From NCBI GenBank assembly GCA_002633005.1, contig NMRA01000779.1, forward strand, positions 75,271 through 125,491: a DNA stretch of 50,221 bases, in the 5' to 3' direction. Under the pieces are notes generated by a model. It saw nothing but the letters and a program-made list of their open reading frames with translations. It made no database searches and was not told the DNA's origin. The DNA is from Phoronis australis. Lineage: Eukaryota; Animalia; Phoronida. Positions 26,401 through 35,771 of this stretch are shown here, piece by piece; within the stretch, counting starts at the first letter, position 1, and the number at the start of each line of letters is the position of its first letter. A program made the translations under genes and the position numbers.

Positions 26401-29400
26401 TGAATGGAACGTGGAGTCACTGGCAAGCTTGGAGTAATTGTAATGTCAGCTGCGGACTTGGAAATCAGACGAGGAATCGCAGCTGTAACGGAACAGGAAT
26501 GCCTTGCCAGGGAAATCATGTCGAAACAAGAAACTGCAATGCAAGTCATTGTGGAAACAACACACATCTAGACAATGGGTGGAGCTTATGGACAACTTGG
26601 ACCAATTGCAGCGCCGCATGTGGCGTAGGCAACCAAACACGAACTCGAAATTGTTCAGCGATCAGCATAAAGGTCGCCAACTGTTCCGGGCCTGTGCTAG
26701 AGACCCGTGCATGTAGCAACAACTGCACAAGTAGCTCAGAGTACTCGTGGACCAGCTGGACACAGTGGAGCTTATGTGACGTCACATGCGGAACTGGAAC
26801 CCGGATGCGTGAAAGACAATGCAGCAATTCTTACAGAATCAGTGATGTTGCTTGCGGTGGCGCTAATGTCAGTAGTGAAAGTTGTACGACCACCCCAGAT
26901 TGCCCAAGTAAGTTATCAGCCAATATATATATATATAGAGATGTCAAAATGGCGACTCTGCATGGGATTTTGTCTAAACATTCCACTAATTTACTGTTAA
27001 CAACCACGACCGAATAGGAATATTTTGCTAGGCACCTTTAACTGCGACGGAAGCCTGCCATCATCTTGGTAAGAGTCGCTATCGTAGCATTCTCGTAGTT
27101 TTTGCAGACGTTATTACCAATGCCACCTGATGGCAGTAGTCGCCAGCTTCTGTGAGTACAATATCTGTACATGCAACAAGTTACTATAGGCCTACTAGCA
27201 GACAATAGACCTGGCGTGCGTTCAGTAGACGCTAGGACCTACGCTAGGACGTAGCTAAAACCTAGTCAAAGTCACGTGCTCTCATTTAAAATGCATGACA
27301 ATATCTCACGTAATCTCGTGAATTCTTGCTTTTTAGCGAAGTCCTAGCGTTACTGAACGGGAGGCTGTTATGCTATAAGATGCAATGTAGATTTTTGTCC
27401 CACTTCCTGTGACATCATGGTGTTAGCCAGGCGTGTGTTCCGTAGACCTTGTTTCTTGCGAGGAATGCAAGACTTAGCGTGATTTTGACATGTATTGCAA
27501 ACAAAGTACGTGGTCACACTAGCTTCCGTAGGTAGATTCTTATCTCTTCGAAACTATACCCTGTTACTGCACAGAGGGAATTCCTTCGTGGTTTAAAAGA
27601 CCACGTTCAACCACACAGACCTTTGTGACTCTATGAAACAGGACGGTCATTTCGTCCAAATTTTCTCCTGAGTTTGGAAACCTGCACGTGTTCGTAGAAC
27701 GTTCGAATGGGCTGCTACTGCTATATCCTTACAATACTTGTACTAAGCTTTGAGAGACCCGCGCATCGCAACTTTTTAATATAACACGTCTGGTAAATTT
27801 TACTTTGAACTCTACTTAGTGTTTCTAATACCAGGCATAGCAGAAGAGCAAGTATATAATGTTCTTTTATATTCTCGTAGCTGCTACCACACAGATCGAT
27901 GTATCAATGACATTCAACATGCCGTTTTATGACGTTTATCACAACCTGTCGGATCCAGTGACGAGGACATTAGTGGACGAGGCGAAACGCGCAGTAAGCA
28001 GATTGTTCTCGTTATGCTTGGATGACCGGATTCTAGAAGATAATCGGCACATGTGTGTTGGTATCATTTTTGACGTTACAGCACTCAGACGCACCTCCAG
28101 AGTGATCTCTTGGAAAAGATACAACTGTTATGACACTCTGGAATTACAGTGGTCACTGGTTTGTTAGTACTTAATGAAATCTGAATTAAAATTTCTAGTG
28201 TTTGTTTTCAAGTGATTGGATTTCATTTGCTTTAAAGCGGCGCCACTTGAGCTTGTGACATTTAAATAAAATCCAAATCGTCAAAGCTATCCAAGTAATG
28301 CTTCATGAGTGCTCAATTTCCCAAAGCTCCTCAGACGACAGGTGTGCCACTTCATAGGTAAATACACAGCCCATATGAACGCTTGGAATCTTGACGTTCA
28401 GCTGATGTCACGGCTATGGAAATCTGCCCCTCCCACGGACCATAAACCCTGTTAATTGCTGACACATTTCTAATTGTAACTCCAACTGATCTGTTTTCCA
28501 GTTGCTTCCTCTCTACAACAGCTCCATTCCAAGATTGGTTGATCTGTTCGTCAAACGGATAAGGTAAGGACAAAGTGTTATTCTTTTGGTTTGTGTGGTC
28601 ACGTATCTGAAACTTGAATCTATTCAAAACAACTTGTTTGCTAAAAAGTTATTTTGGCAAGACGGATTCGGCTGTTTAAATAAGAACATTTTTCCTGAGT
28701 GGAAAAAATATATTACGGCGTTCTCCCGTTCAGTGACTTTAGCAGACGTAGAGGGCGTTGTGAGCGTGTGATAACATACTAGCTGCTTTTATAAATGCCA
28801 AGCACACTCTTTTGTCTGATATGACAACAGGCAGACCAATTATCTACCAGGCTTATTACACATCACGTGTGAACACAGTCAAACACGGCGGAGCGAATTG
28901 GTACGTTCGGGAAGAATAGATTGTCGTAACTTCGGTTGTAGTCGGGCGATTTTGATGATTCAAAAACTAAACATGATCAGCATTTGACGAGGAATTCAGA
29001 ACTGCTATTGGTTTATGTTCAAATATGTTATAACGTAACTTTTATTTTTAACAGCCCAGCCCAGTCAGGCTAGGTACGATCTTATTGGAGATTAGAGCAG
29101 TTATCGAACAACCATAAATGCCAGAATGGAGTTAATCAATCGTGTAAGATATTGGCTACAGGGGTCATCTTCCCAACTTAATCGAACAAGTTGAGATCAA
29201 CGGGAAAATGCCGTAATGATAAACGGTTTGCACCTGGGCTGAGCATGAGAGAGTTCACACTATCACTAGGGCCTCATTCTATGGCATTTTGCAGAAGCGG
29301 GTCTGTGATATTTGATGTGGAGGTGATCGTGGCAAACCTTTTGTCCGAGAGTGAAATTGACGAGAAGATTAACGATGTGGCAAAAGTGGTCAGTTCTAAA

Positions 29401-32400
29401 GGCTCTATAGTAATTGGGAATACTTCCGTCGCTGTCACGGATGTTAAAGTTATTCCAGGTAGGTATCCAGTAAAACTTCAAGCTACTTGTAAACGGCTAC
29501 TGTAACAGTAATTGTCCCTCCATCAGTCTCCGTGATGCACGTCATCGGGCTGGTGGACCTCTTACGTCACGATGTTGAGTATCTTCTGTGTGACACCGGA
29601 GCGGCCATAAGAGCGACAGAGTCACTGTCGGTCGAAACTCCGTGACCCATTTTTAAGTCTTGAGCAGGAATAGACAGCTATAAAAAGACAGTTTCCTACT
29701 TTAGTCGTCACGTATGCCCGACATGCTTGTGTTAATTTGCTCCACCTTGACTAATTGTTGCAAGAATGGCGGACAACAATGTAAAAGGCTACAATCTGAG
29801 ACGCTTTCTAAGGTTCGAAAGGATCCCGGAAATGGTAAATAAGGAAACTAGACAATTATTCGAACATTTGTTGCTTATTTTTGTCTCGTGCCTTTGGCAC
29901 CCAGGTTAACGGTCGGGAAATATCTCCATTACAGCCAATGACATGCGCGCACCCAGCCTAAAATATAGGAGGGCTCGAATTTTTTAGTACGTGGAACTTA
30001 TACTGAAAAAAAACAGGGACTAAAAAAACCGTTACTGTACGTTCAGATCTATGAATTGTGCATTGGCCCCGAATTCCTGTGGACGTTTGTCTCGTTTTCT
30101 TGGACTTTTTGTTTCTCCGAGGCGGACCTTTTTGTCCACTTCGCCAAATGGGGGGAGGGGCTCGTTCGAGTCCCCCCGGGGTGAGCGCATCAATGAGTAG
30201 CTCTGTTTCTATTTTAGTTGATGGCAAATGGTCGGATTGGTCACCGTGGAGTCAGTGTGACGTAACGTGCGGAGGTGGCACCCAATCACGCGGCAGAAGT
30301 TGTAGTAACCCGCCGCCTAGGGGAGGAGGATCGAACTGCAGCGCTCTTGCTTTTGAGACTAAACAGTGCAATACGACAATTTGCTCAGGTGACTATGGGG
30401 TTTAATGAAATGCATTAAGAGTGCAACACTTTTGTCAGTGTTTAAACGGGTTATATATAATTGTCAGTGGACCATTAATGTTTATAATGAAGTTGAGATA
30501 CCCTACTAGGACTCTGACTATGCAGGGTGTAGGCTTACTTTCAATTTGATTAGACACATTCATAATGTAGCAATCACGAACTACACTGTAATTGCATGCA
30601 AAGTGAACATGTTTCACATAGAGCTAGTTTACAGACACCCCACACTCTACACCCTAGTTAACTGAGACACCCCACAGCCTAGTTTACAGACACCCCACAC
30701 CCTAGTTTACAGACACCCCACACCCTAGTTTACAGACACCCCACACCCTAGTTTACAGACACCCCACACCCCACACCCTAGTGTACAGACACCCTGCACC
30801 CTAGTTTACAGACACCCTGCACCCTAGTTTACAGACACCCCACACCCTAGTTTACAGACACCCCACACACCTTTTAGTATTTGTTGTTTTTGCAGGGTGC
30901 ACATATATGAAGTTCTCTTGCTCAGACAACGTGACTTGTATCGAGAACAACTTGGTATGTGATGGACTGAGAGACTGTCCTGATGGCTCTGACGAGTCAC
31001 TGGTCACGTGCAATGACGGTAAGAACATGATAGTTTCCGTTACGGTAATATATAGGACCTTATTAACAGGCATGTGTATTTAATAAATTTTCAACAAAAC
31101 TATCGAATTTAGCCACGCAAATGTTTATATTTTATGAATACATAAAGCCTGCAGAATTTGATTTTTGACTTTATTCCACTCAGTCATTAATTAGTTCACC
31201 TGACCATGTCTTTTAGTAAAGTTTACCAAAAAAACGAAACGTATGTTCATGGCAAAAGAGTGAATAATTAACATTTCCAAATTCTGTTTGACGTTGAAAA
31301 ATGTTCAAGATGAAATCTCAAAAACGCCGGTACAGTTTTTAAAGATATTTCGTTTTCATTTTATGAACTTGTGAGTTTCTTCATAAAAATCATAAAAGTC
31401 TTATTTTTGGGAGACCCTCGTGCAAAAGTGGAACATTTAAAGAAATTCGGCAAAGACTTTTGTAGAACAGTGTATAAATCACTGTATGTGAAAGTTTCAC
31501 GTGAATGGGATCCGCCATTTTGTTAATTCATACGACGTTCCGAAAACTGCAATATCTGGTTATGTCTCTAGGGTCCCGTAACTACATACATGTAACATAA
31601 TCAAAGGGGTGATTAACCCTAGCCGTCTATCTAGGGTCCTATAACTTTACACAATATTGAAGGGGAGATAACCCCGTGCGTTCTGTCCAGGGTCATGTAA
31701 CTGCCTCCCGTTCTGTAACGCTAGGACCTCGCTAAAAAGCAAGACTTCACGAAATTACGCGAGATATTGCCTTGTATTTCAAATGAGAACAGGTGACTTT
31801 GACTAGATTTTAGCTAGGTCCTAGCGTAGGTCCTAGCGTCTACTGAACGCACGCCTGTACATAACAGTAAAGGGGTGATAACCCGTGCCGTCTATCAAAT
31901 AACAGGTTTGACTGAGGTCACCTTCACCTTTTTTCTTACTCATGTTAGATGTGATTTTCAGACTCTATAACAACTTGTAGCCTGTTACTGCTACAGACCA
32001 CGCCCATTAACTTGCAGCCTGTTACTGCCACAGACCACGCCCATTAACTTGTAGCCTGTTACTGCTACAGACCACGCCCATTAACTTGTAGCCTGTTACT
32101 GCTACAGACCACGCCCATTAACTTGTTGCCTGTTACTGCCACAGACCACGCCCCTTAACTTGTAGCCTGTTACTGCTACAGACCACGCCCAGTAACTAGT
32201 AGCCTATTATTGCTGCAGATTACGCCCCTTAACTTGTAGCCTGTTATTGCTACAGACCTCTCACATTAAGTTGGAGCCTGTTATTGCTACAAACCACGAC
32301 CATTAAGTTGTAGCCTGTTATTGCTACAGACCACGCCCATTAAGTTGCTGGATGGGTTAGTTTTAGTTGCCTTGTTATTATAGCCGTTAGAGGAAATTGA

Positions 32401-33038
32401 GACAATTTGTTGTAATGAATTTTAGTTCAAACAAAAGATAAGAACGCAATGACTTTGAAAAACCGAAAACGTCTGAAAACAAGTTTGTTACTTTTTAAAA
32501 CAAGGGTTGGGTTCAGTAACGTTAGGACTTTGCGAAGTAGCTGGACTTCACGACATCATGTTAGGTATTGCCGTGTATTTTAAATAAGAATCCTGATTTT
32601 GGCTAGTTTTTAGTGAGGTCCTAGCGTTACTGAACTGCACCCAGTGCACGCGATTCGACAAGTTCCAAGTCGAGTTTCGAGTACATTGTCGTGGTCACGT
32701 GCCCAGAACACGGCCGGTTCATAGCGGCCTGATGCTTATGAGCGATGCATTCGTGCGAATTTATTAATAAAAAGAATTTCGCAAACACATTGGAGGAGGA
32801 GGTATAGATTCTTACGATTGTCTTACGAGCAGCCGATTTTCAGCACTGAGATCGGAGAATTCCGTATTGTACAACATGCGTTTCATTTGGCCTATACTCT
32901 GCCAGGGAAAAGACACCACAAATACAGGTGATCGGTTTCTCTTTTGTATTTTCAGCTAACTGTGTTTCGCCCGGAAATAAGGTGTTCTTCTTTTCTTTTC
33001 TACTGCACACTTGGTGGGTAACGACCTACAAATCGTGA
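8855..33038 (+). CDS. Spliced gene (21 exons, about 1219 aa): secreted/surface multi-TSP1 + SEA + TSP1 + LDLa glycoprotein
   Basis: All 21 exons have AG/GT boundaries and compatible phases; lengths sum to 3660 nt with no internal stop; WxxWxxW..CxxxCG..RxRxC TSP1 motifs, SEA GSV motif, LDLa DCPDGSDE. Confidence 0.85.
9405..9559. mobile_element. Small MITE-like element in intron 1
   Basis: Terminal inverted repeats gggcgtagcta / tagctacgccc. Confidence 0.55.
9666..9825 (+). CDS. Exon 2, end of signal peptide + Cys-rich N-terminal domain
   Basis: Acceptor tcttattctttattggcag, donor ag|gtagga; open frame ALQADGSCSNDEKTAITGCLNTY...DTDC. Confidence 0.72.
10495..11113 (-). mobile_element. tRNA-derived SINE (interrupted by a MITE)
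   Basis: Minus strand begins ggagccagtgtggctcagtggttagagc (A box) and, after removing 10660-11063, continues cctgggttcaaatcc (B box); 3' boundary approximate. Confidence 0.75.
10660..11060. mobile_element. PIF/Harbinger-like MITE, 401 bp
   Basis: TIRs ggcccggtctc..aatcttt / aaagatt..gagaccgggcc with long imperfect internal palindrome; 3-bp TSD cag (10657-10659, 11061-11063). Confidence 0.85.
11366..11834. mobile_element. Older MITE
   Basis: TIR gctttcccattag / ctaatgggaaagc plus imperfect subterminal inverted matches; TSD not clear. Confidence 0.65.
13146..13246 (+). CDS. Exon 3, N-terminal domain (AYTSLIECINGHAGQSLSASCLPSVKSELDSLL)
   Basis: Acceptor ttattgttttag, donor g|gtaagt; phase 2-1 fits neighbours. 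Confidence 0.72.
14826..15110. repeat. 35-bp minisatellite (about 8 copies)
   Basis: acagttcgttatttcttgacaccaataaccaacag. Confidence 0.95.
15331..15423 (+). CDS. Exon 4 (ANEPQVGYGCTFEEYGKKCPDLQVSIVTSVS)
   Basis: Acceptor ttgttgttttcag, donor g|gtaggt, phase 1-1, open frame into first TSP1. Confidence 0.72.
15866..16036 (+). CDS. Exon 5, TSP1 repeat 1
   Basis: 171 nt, DGNWTAWSEWTTCNASCGGG...CP, ag/gtaag. Confidence 0.93.
16278..16448 (+). CDS. Exon 6, TSP1 repeat 2
   Basis: 171 nt, NGNWSTWTQWGTCSIACGGG...CP. Confidence 0.93.
16578..17527. mobile_element. Old palindromic element with a younger TIR element (about 16750-17380) near its centre
   Basis: 16578-16716 is an imperfect reverse complement of 17405-17527; inner TIR gggcgattggtcttaaagtgaatgttgcaaa / tttgcaacattcactttgagaccaagccc. 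Confidence 0.7.
18616..18786 (+). CDS. Exon 7, TSP1 repeat 3
   Basis: 171 nt, HGNWSSWTQWIACSISCGGG...CP. Confidence 0.92.
19119..19289 (+). CDS. Exon 8, TSP1 repeat 4
   Basis: 171 nt, HGNWTRWSQWGACNNSCGSG...CP. Confidence 0.92.
19327..20043. mobile_element. About 717-bp foldback (near-complete palindrome) MITE
   Basis: Arms of about 350 bp are reverse complements (ORF track shows mirror ORFs 19385+ and 19985-); short loop near 19679-19692. Confidence 0.9.
20420..20456. repeat. (ATT)n microsatellite
   Basis: About 12 att units. Confidence 0.95.
20491..20661 (+). CDS. Exon 9, TSP1 repeat 5
   Basis: 171 nt, PGNWSSWNQWGACTVLCGGG...CP, donor gtgag. Confidence 0.92.
21056..21226 (+). CDS. Exon 10, TSP1 repeat 6
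   Basis: 171 nt, NGSWSAWNQWGVCSISCGGG...CP. Confidence 0.92.
21897..22067 (+). CDS. Exon 11, TSP1 repeat 7
   Basis: 171 nt, HGNWSFWSNWGACSNSCGGG...CP. Confidence 0.92.
22068..22380. repeat. 50-bp minisatellite (about 6 copies) starting at the exon 11 donor
   Basis: agtacagtcacgtgtaaatcaaccacgtagtacttggccttattcaagtg. Confidence 0.93.
22553..23745. mobile_element. Possible decayed non-autonomous Helitron/Helentron-like element in intron 11
   Basis: Starts tttttag, then ctgt/cgtc-rich tract and repeated tgaaatttgg motifs resembling the reverse complement of 47832-49343; boundaries approximate. Confidence 0.4.
24000..24170 (+). CDS. Exon 12, TSP1 repeat 8
   Basis: 171 nt, NGNWTWWSPWGACSATCGGG...CP. 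Confidence 0.93.
24890..25060 (+). CDS. Exon 13, TSP1 repeat 9
   Basis: 171 nt, NGSWSPWSEWAMCSISCGGG...CP. Confidence 0.93.
25337..25507 (+). CDS. Exon 14, TSP1 repeat 10
   Basis: 171 nt, NGHWATWSSWGSCSVSCGSG...CP. Confidence 0.93.
26071..26907 (+). CDS. Exon 15, five TSP1 repeats (11-15) in one 837-nt exon
   Basis: Within ORF 26046..27017; five WxxWxxW-C motifs; acceptor tttttag, donor a|gtaagt. Confidence 0.95.
27214..27364 (+). mobile_element. 151-bp MITE, copy 1
   Basis: TIR-like cgttcagta / tactgaacg, TSD ctg; reverse-complement copy at 31704-31854. Confidence 0.8.
27881..27993 (+). CDS. Exon 16, SEA domain part 1
   Basis: ATTQIDVSMTFNMPFYDVYHNLSDPVTRTLVDEAKRA, donor gtaagc, phase 1-0. 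Confidence 0.85.
28502..28563 (+). CDS. Exon 17, SEA domain part 2
   Basis: Acceptor ctgttttccag, LLPLYNSSIPRLVDLFVKRI, donor ag|gtaagg, phase 0-2. Confidence 0.8.
29295..29458 (+). CDS. Exon 18, SEA domain part 3
   Basis: RSGSVIFDVEVIV... SEA GSV motif; phase 2-1. Confidence 0.85.
29942..30191 (+). mobile_element. CATG-ended MITE with 5-bp TSD, copy 1
   Basis: catgcgcgcaccc / gggtgagcgcatc termini, TSD aatga; homologous to 41693-41916. Confidence 0.75.
30218..30388 (+). CDS. Exon 19, TSP1 repeat 16
   Basis: 171 nt, DGKWSDWSPWSQCDVTCGGG...CS. Confidence 0.92.
30625..30868. repeat. 23-bp minisatellite (about 10 copies)
   Basis: ctagtttacagacaccccacacc. Confidence 0.93.
30896..31018 (+). 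CDS. Exon 20, LDL-receptor class A module
   Basis: CTYMKFSCSDNVTCIENNLVCDGLRDCPDGSDESLVTC: six Cys and acidic DxSDE motif; phase 1-1. Confidence 0.92.
31704..31854 (-). mobile_element. 151-bp MITE, copy 2 (inverted relative to copy 1)
   Basis: Reverse complement of 27214-27364; TSD ctg; sits inside a degenerate tandem repeat of about 56 bp (31567-31896). Confidence 0.8.
31972..32345. repeat. 37-bp minisatellite (about 10 copies)
   Basis: aacttgtagcctgttactgctacagaccacgcccatt. Confidence 0.95.
32505..32642 (-). mobile_element. Diverged third copy of the 151-bp MITE family
   Basis: gttcagtaacgttaggact...ggtcctagcgttactgaac. Confidence 0.7.
32956..33038 (+). CDS. Exon 21 (terminal), hydrophobic tail NCVSPGNKVFFFSFLLHTWWVTTYKS*
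   Basis: Strong acceptor tttctcttttgtattttcag, phase 1, TGA at 33036-33038; aataaa downstream near 33692. Confidence 0.6.
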
Positions 33039-35707
33039 ACTTCCGCAGAATGACGCTATGACGTAAACATTCTTCATGGTCATGAGGCGCTACAGTGATG
33101 AAATGTGTGATGGACATTCGCAAGTGTCGGGGGCATTCCGTTTAGTGACGTCATACCTTCTACTGGCTTGAAGTATACAGTACGCGAACTCTGCATAATA
33201 CAGTTATATGACGTCATATGATCACTCCATTCAGATGGATAAGTGAAGGAACCCTTTGGCGCAAGATACGGCCATTTGGCGTTGACAAGTGTTGCCGTAA
33301 ACAATTCGCGTCACGTTTGGATATTCAATTTGCTCAATCAATCAGAGAAATTTCTTTTTATTTTTCAAAATATGAAATAGTTTGACGAGTTAAAAACGTT
33401 CGTATAGTGCTATCACCTTTTGCTGAAGAAACTGGAGGTGTAAATATGGAAGCGAAACAATTGTTGTTTACTCACTACATTACGATTATGGCTAACACAA
33501 CTATGTTATAAATGGGACATTTTGATTGACCTAGAGGGGTATTGCCACTGGAGCAGGAGACCTAAAGAACGAGTAAATGTAAGCTTTTTTGAAGAAGGCA
33601 TTGGGAGTAAACCCAAGGATCACATGGACGTGTGTTGTCATTCAATAGTTCAGTAGCAAAGTTTGCGGAAATAGTCACGAATAACTAGATGGAATAAATA
33701 AAGTACTACACGAAATGTTTGAAAACACGTCCTATATAGAACAGCATTCACTCTGGGAAATTTTGAAATACTGTGTGTGTAGTGTTCACGAACAAAGTGC
33801 TGTATTAATATTCTACTGTTGGGCAAACAGTATTGATCTACCTAGTAATATGTCGTAATGACAGGGCTAAAAGTATTCTTGCGCAATACTCCGAAAGAGG
33901 CCGAGTTTCTATATAGTTCCTGTGAATAACAATCCTCGCCTGGCTTCACGGTGATAACACGTACTTTCTAGGGAATAATTGCCGATCTCATTGCTGAACA
34001 ATTATTCTCCATCATTTCCAAGGGCATTCATGATCATAAAAGAATGTTGTCTCACCACGTGCAGTTCTTAGTAATTCTGTCCGTGTTGCCTACAGTGTAA
34101 CAGCAGTTAGCGCATTGGGGGTCTCCTTTGTAAAGAGACATGAAGTAAAAGGTCATGGAGAAAGTAGGGAGGGAAGGTGGGGAGAGGGGGTGCAGTTACT
34201 AGAAAAGCAGATTTGAATAAGGTAAATTCAATGAAATATGTATACTTGTCTGTGTAAATAATGACACAATTGAACACGATATTATGTATTCATGTGCTTA
34301 AATAATCACATAGTTATTTGAACAAAAATCAAAGACCTGGAAATGACAAAAAAAATCCGAGTTACATGATTGCTTTGGTGCCCTGTATTAATGAAAGGGA
34401 GTCCATGTTTCTTCCTTAAAGAGCCTTTATTTAAATGTATCAAAATAGTACAAAACAACATGCATGGATTGTGATGCCAATACTGAGATGAACTATTCAA
34501 ACTAATAAAATACTTGAAAGCCAAAATCGATCCTCGTATCGTGTTGTCGAATACAGGATCATTCGGAATTTTCACTGTTTCTCTACTAACGACAATAAAA
34601 GTATTAAGTACTCTAGTCTAGAGGAAAATTTAAAAAAACATGAACACTTACAGCCCGACTAAAACATTGCTCATCCACAAAAACTTTTTTTAAAATAATA
34701 CCAAAGTACATGTTGGATTTCGTGTTCATTATTATATTGCCTTGGCAAAAAGGATCGCGAAGGAGGTGAGAACCAACGAGACACTGAGAGAATGAGCGCT
34801 TCCGGTTTCCTGCAAATATGAACACAAGAAAATGTTGTAAAAGACTCTTAATTTTGAGTACTCAGAAGCGGTTTTAGTGGCAACTAATTATTGTTCTTAT
34901 TCCCGGAACCTCGCAATGTACTTAGCATGAAAGCACAGATGAAGTTATCAAGAATCCACAGAAGGACTCCAAACTGCAGAAAGGTTCCCTGAGCCTGCAT
35001 GCGCAACTGTGTCTACAAGCTTTCACACGGTTTCACATGGTGCCTACAACGAACCTTAGCTGCCGCTTCCTTTGCTCATACATTTTTATTATTAAATGTT
35101 TTCTGGTAAAATGTGATACACAATACGGGTACTTGGAGTTCAGACCCAAAAGCGCTGAAACATATCTGGGCGTAATTATATCCTTTTTCAAATTGACTAC
35201 TGCTCTCATTGTTGAAAATTTAGCAATATGTTAATTAATCTCGTACTTGAAGTTTCAGCTCTGTTAGACCAATACGAGTGCAGCTGAGTAGGTTTGGTGT
35301 CGAAACATGATTGTGGACAACTATCACTTTCAAAACTTATGTTTTGCATATGTAATTCGGGGAACGAGAAAAGCACCGTGAATTCCCAGGCACTCGTATT
35401 TTTGTGACTGTTTTGCATTAGGAAACACTGTGGTAATCATAGACAATAAGCGAGTCCAGTCATGTTAGGTGTGGAAAACTACTGTGGAACATACATATAT
35501 TGGTAAGCATGAACAATGGCAATCACAGTTTCATAATAAATAATCAAGTATAACCTACAATCAGGTACACAACGGGATCGACTTTCACAGTCTTATAGCG
35601 CTCAGAGTGAAGACGGGAAAGATCGGATGTTTAATAAAAAGAATACTACCCAAGTTACTTATAAACAGAATCAATATTAAATAGCCTAAGCTCTCAATGT
35701 GTAAATC

Positions 35708-35771
35708 TTAACTTACGATTTCCGACGGCTGCTTCACCCAGAATGTTTCTTTGTGCTTAACTAAGGTGGCG
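35708..35771 (-). CDS. Reeler gene coding exon 4 (ATLVKHKETFWVKQPSEIVS*)
   Basis: Acceptor cttttgcag, phase 2, TAA at 35710-35708. Confidence 0.85.

Noticed and set aside
29055-29117. Candidate middle SEA exon after tttttaacag
   Set aside because: In-frame stop; 28502-28563 fits phase and motif instead
920-32345. Tandem arrays of 23-50 bp as CRISPR arrays
   Set aside because: Units are contiguous with no unique spacers, there are no cas genes, and the context is eukaryotic
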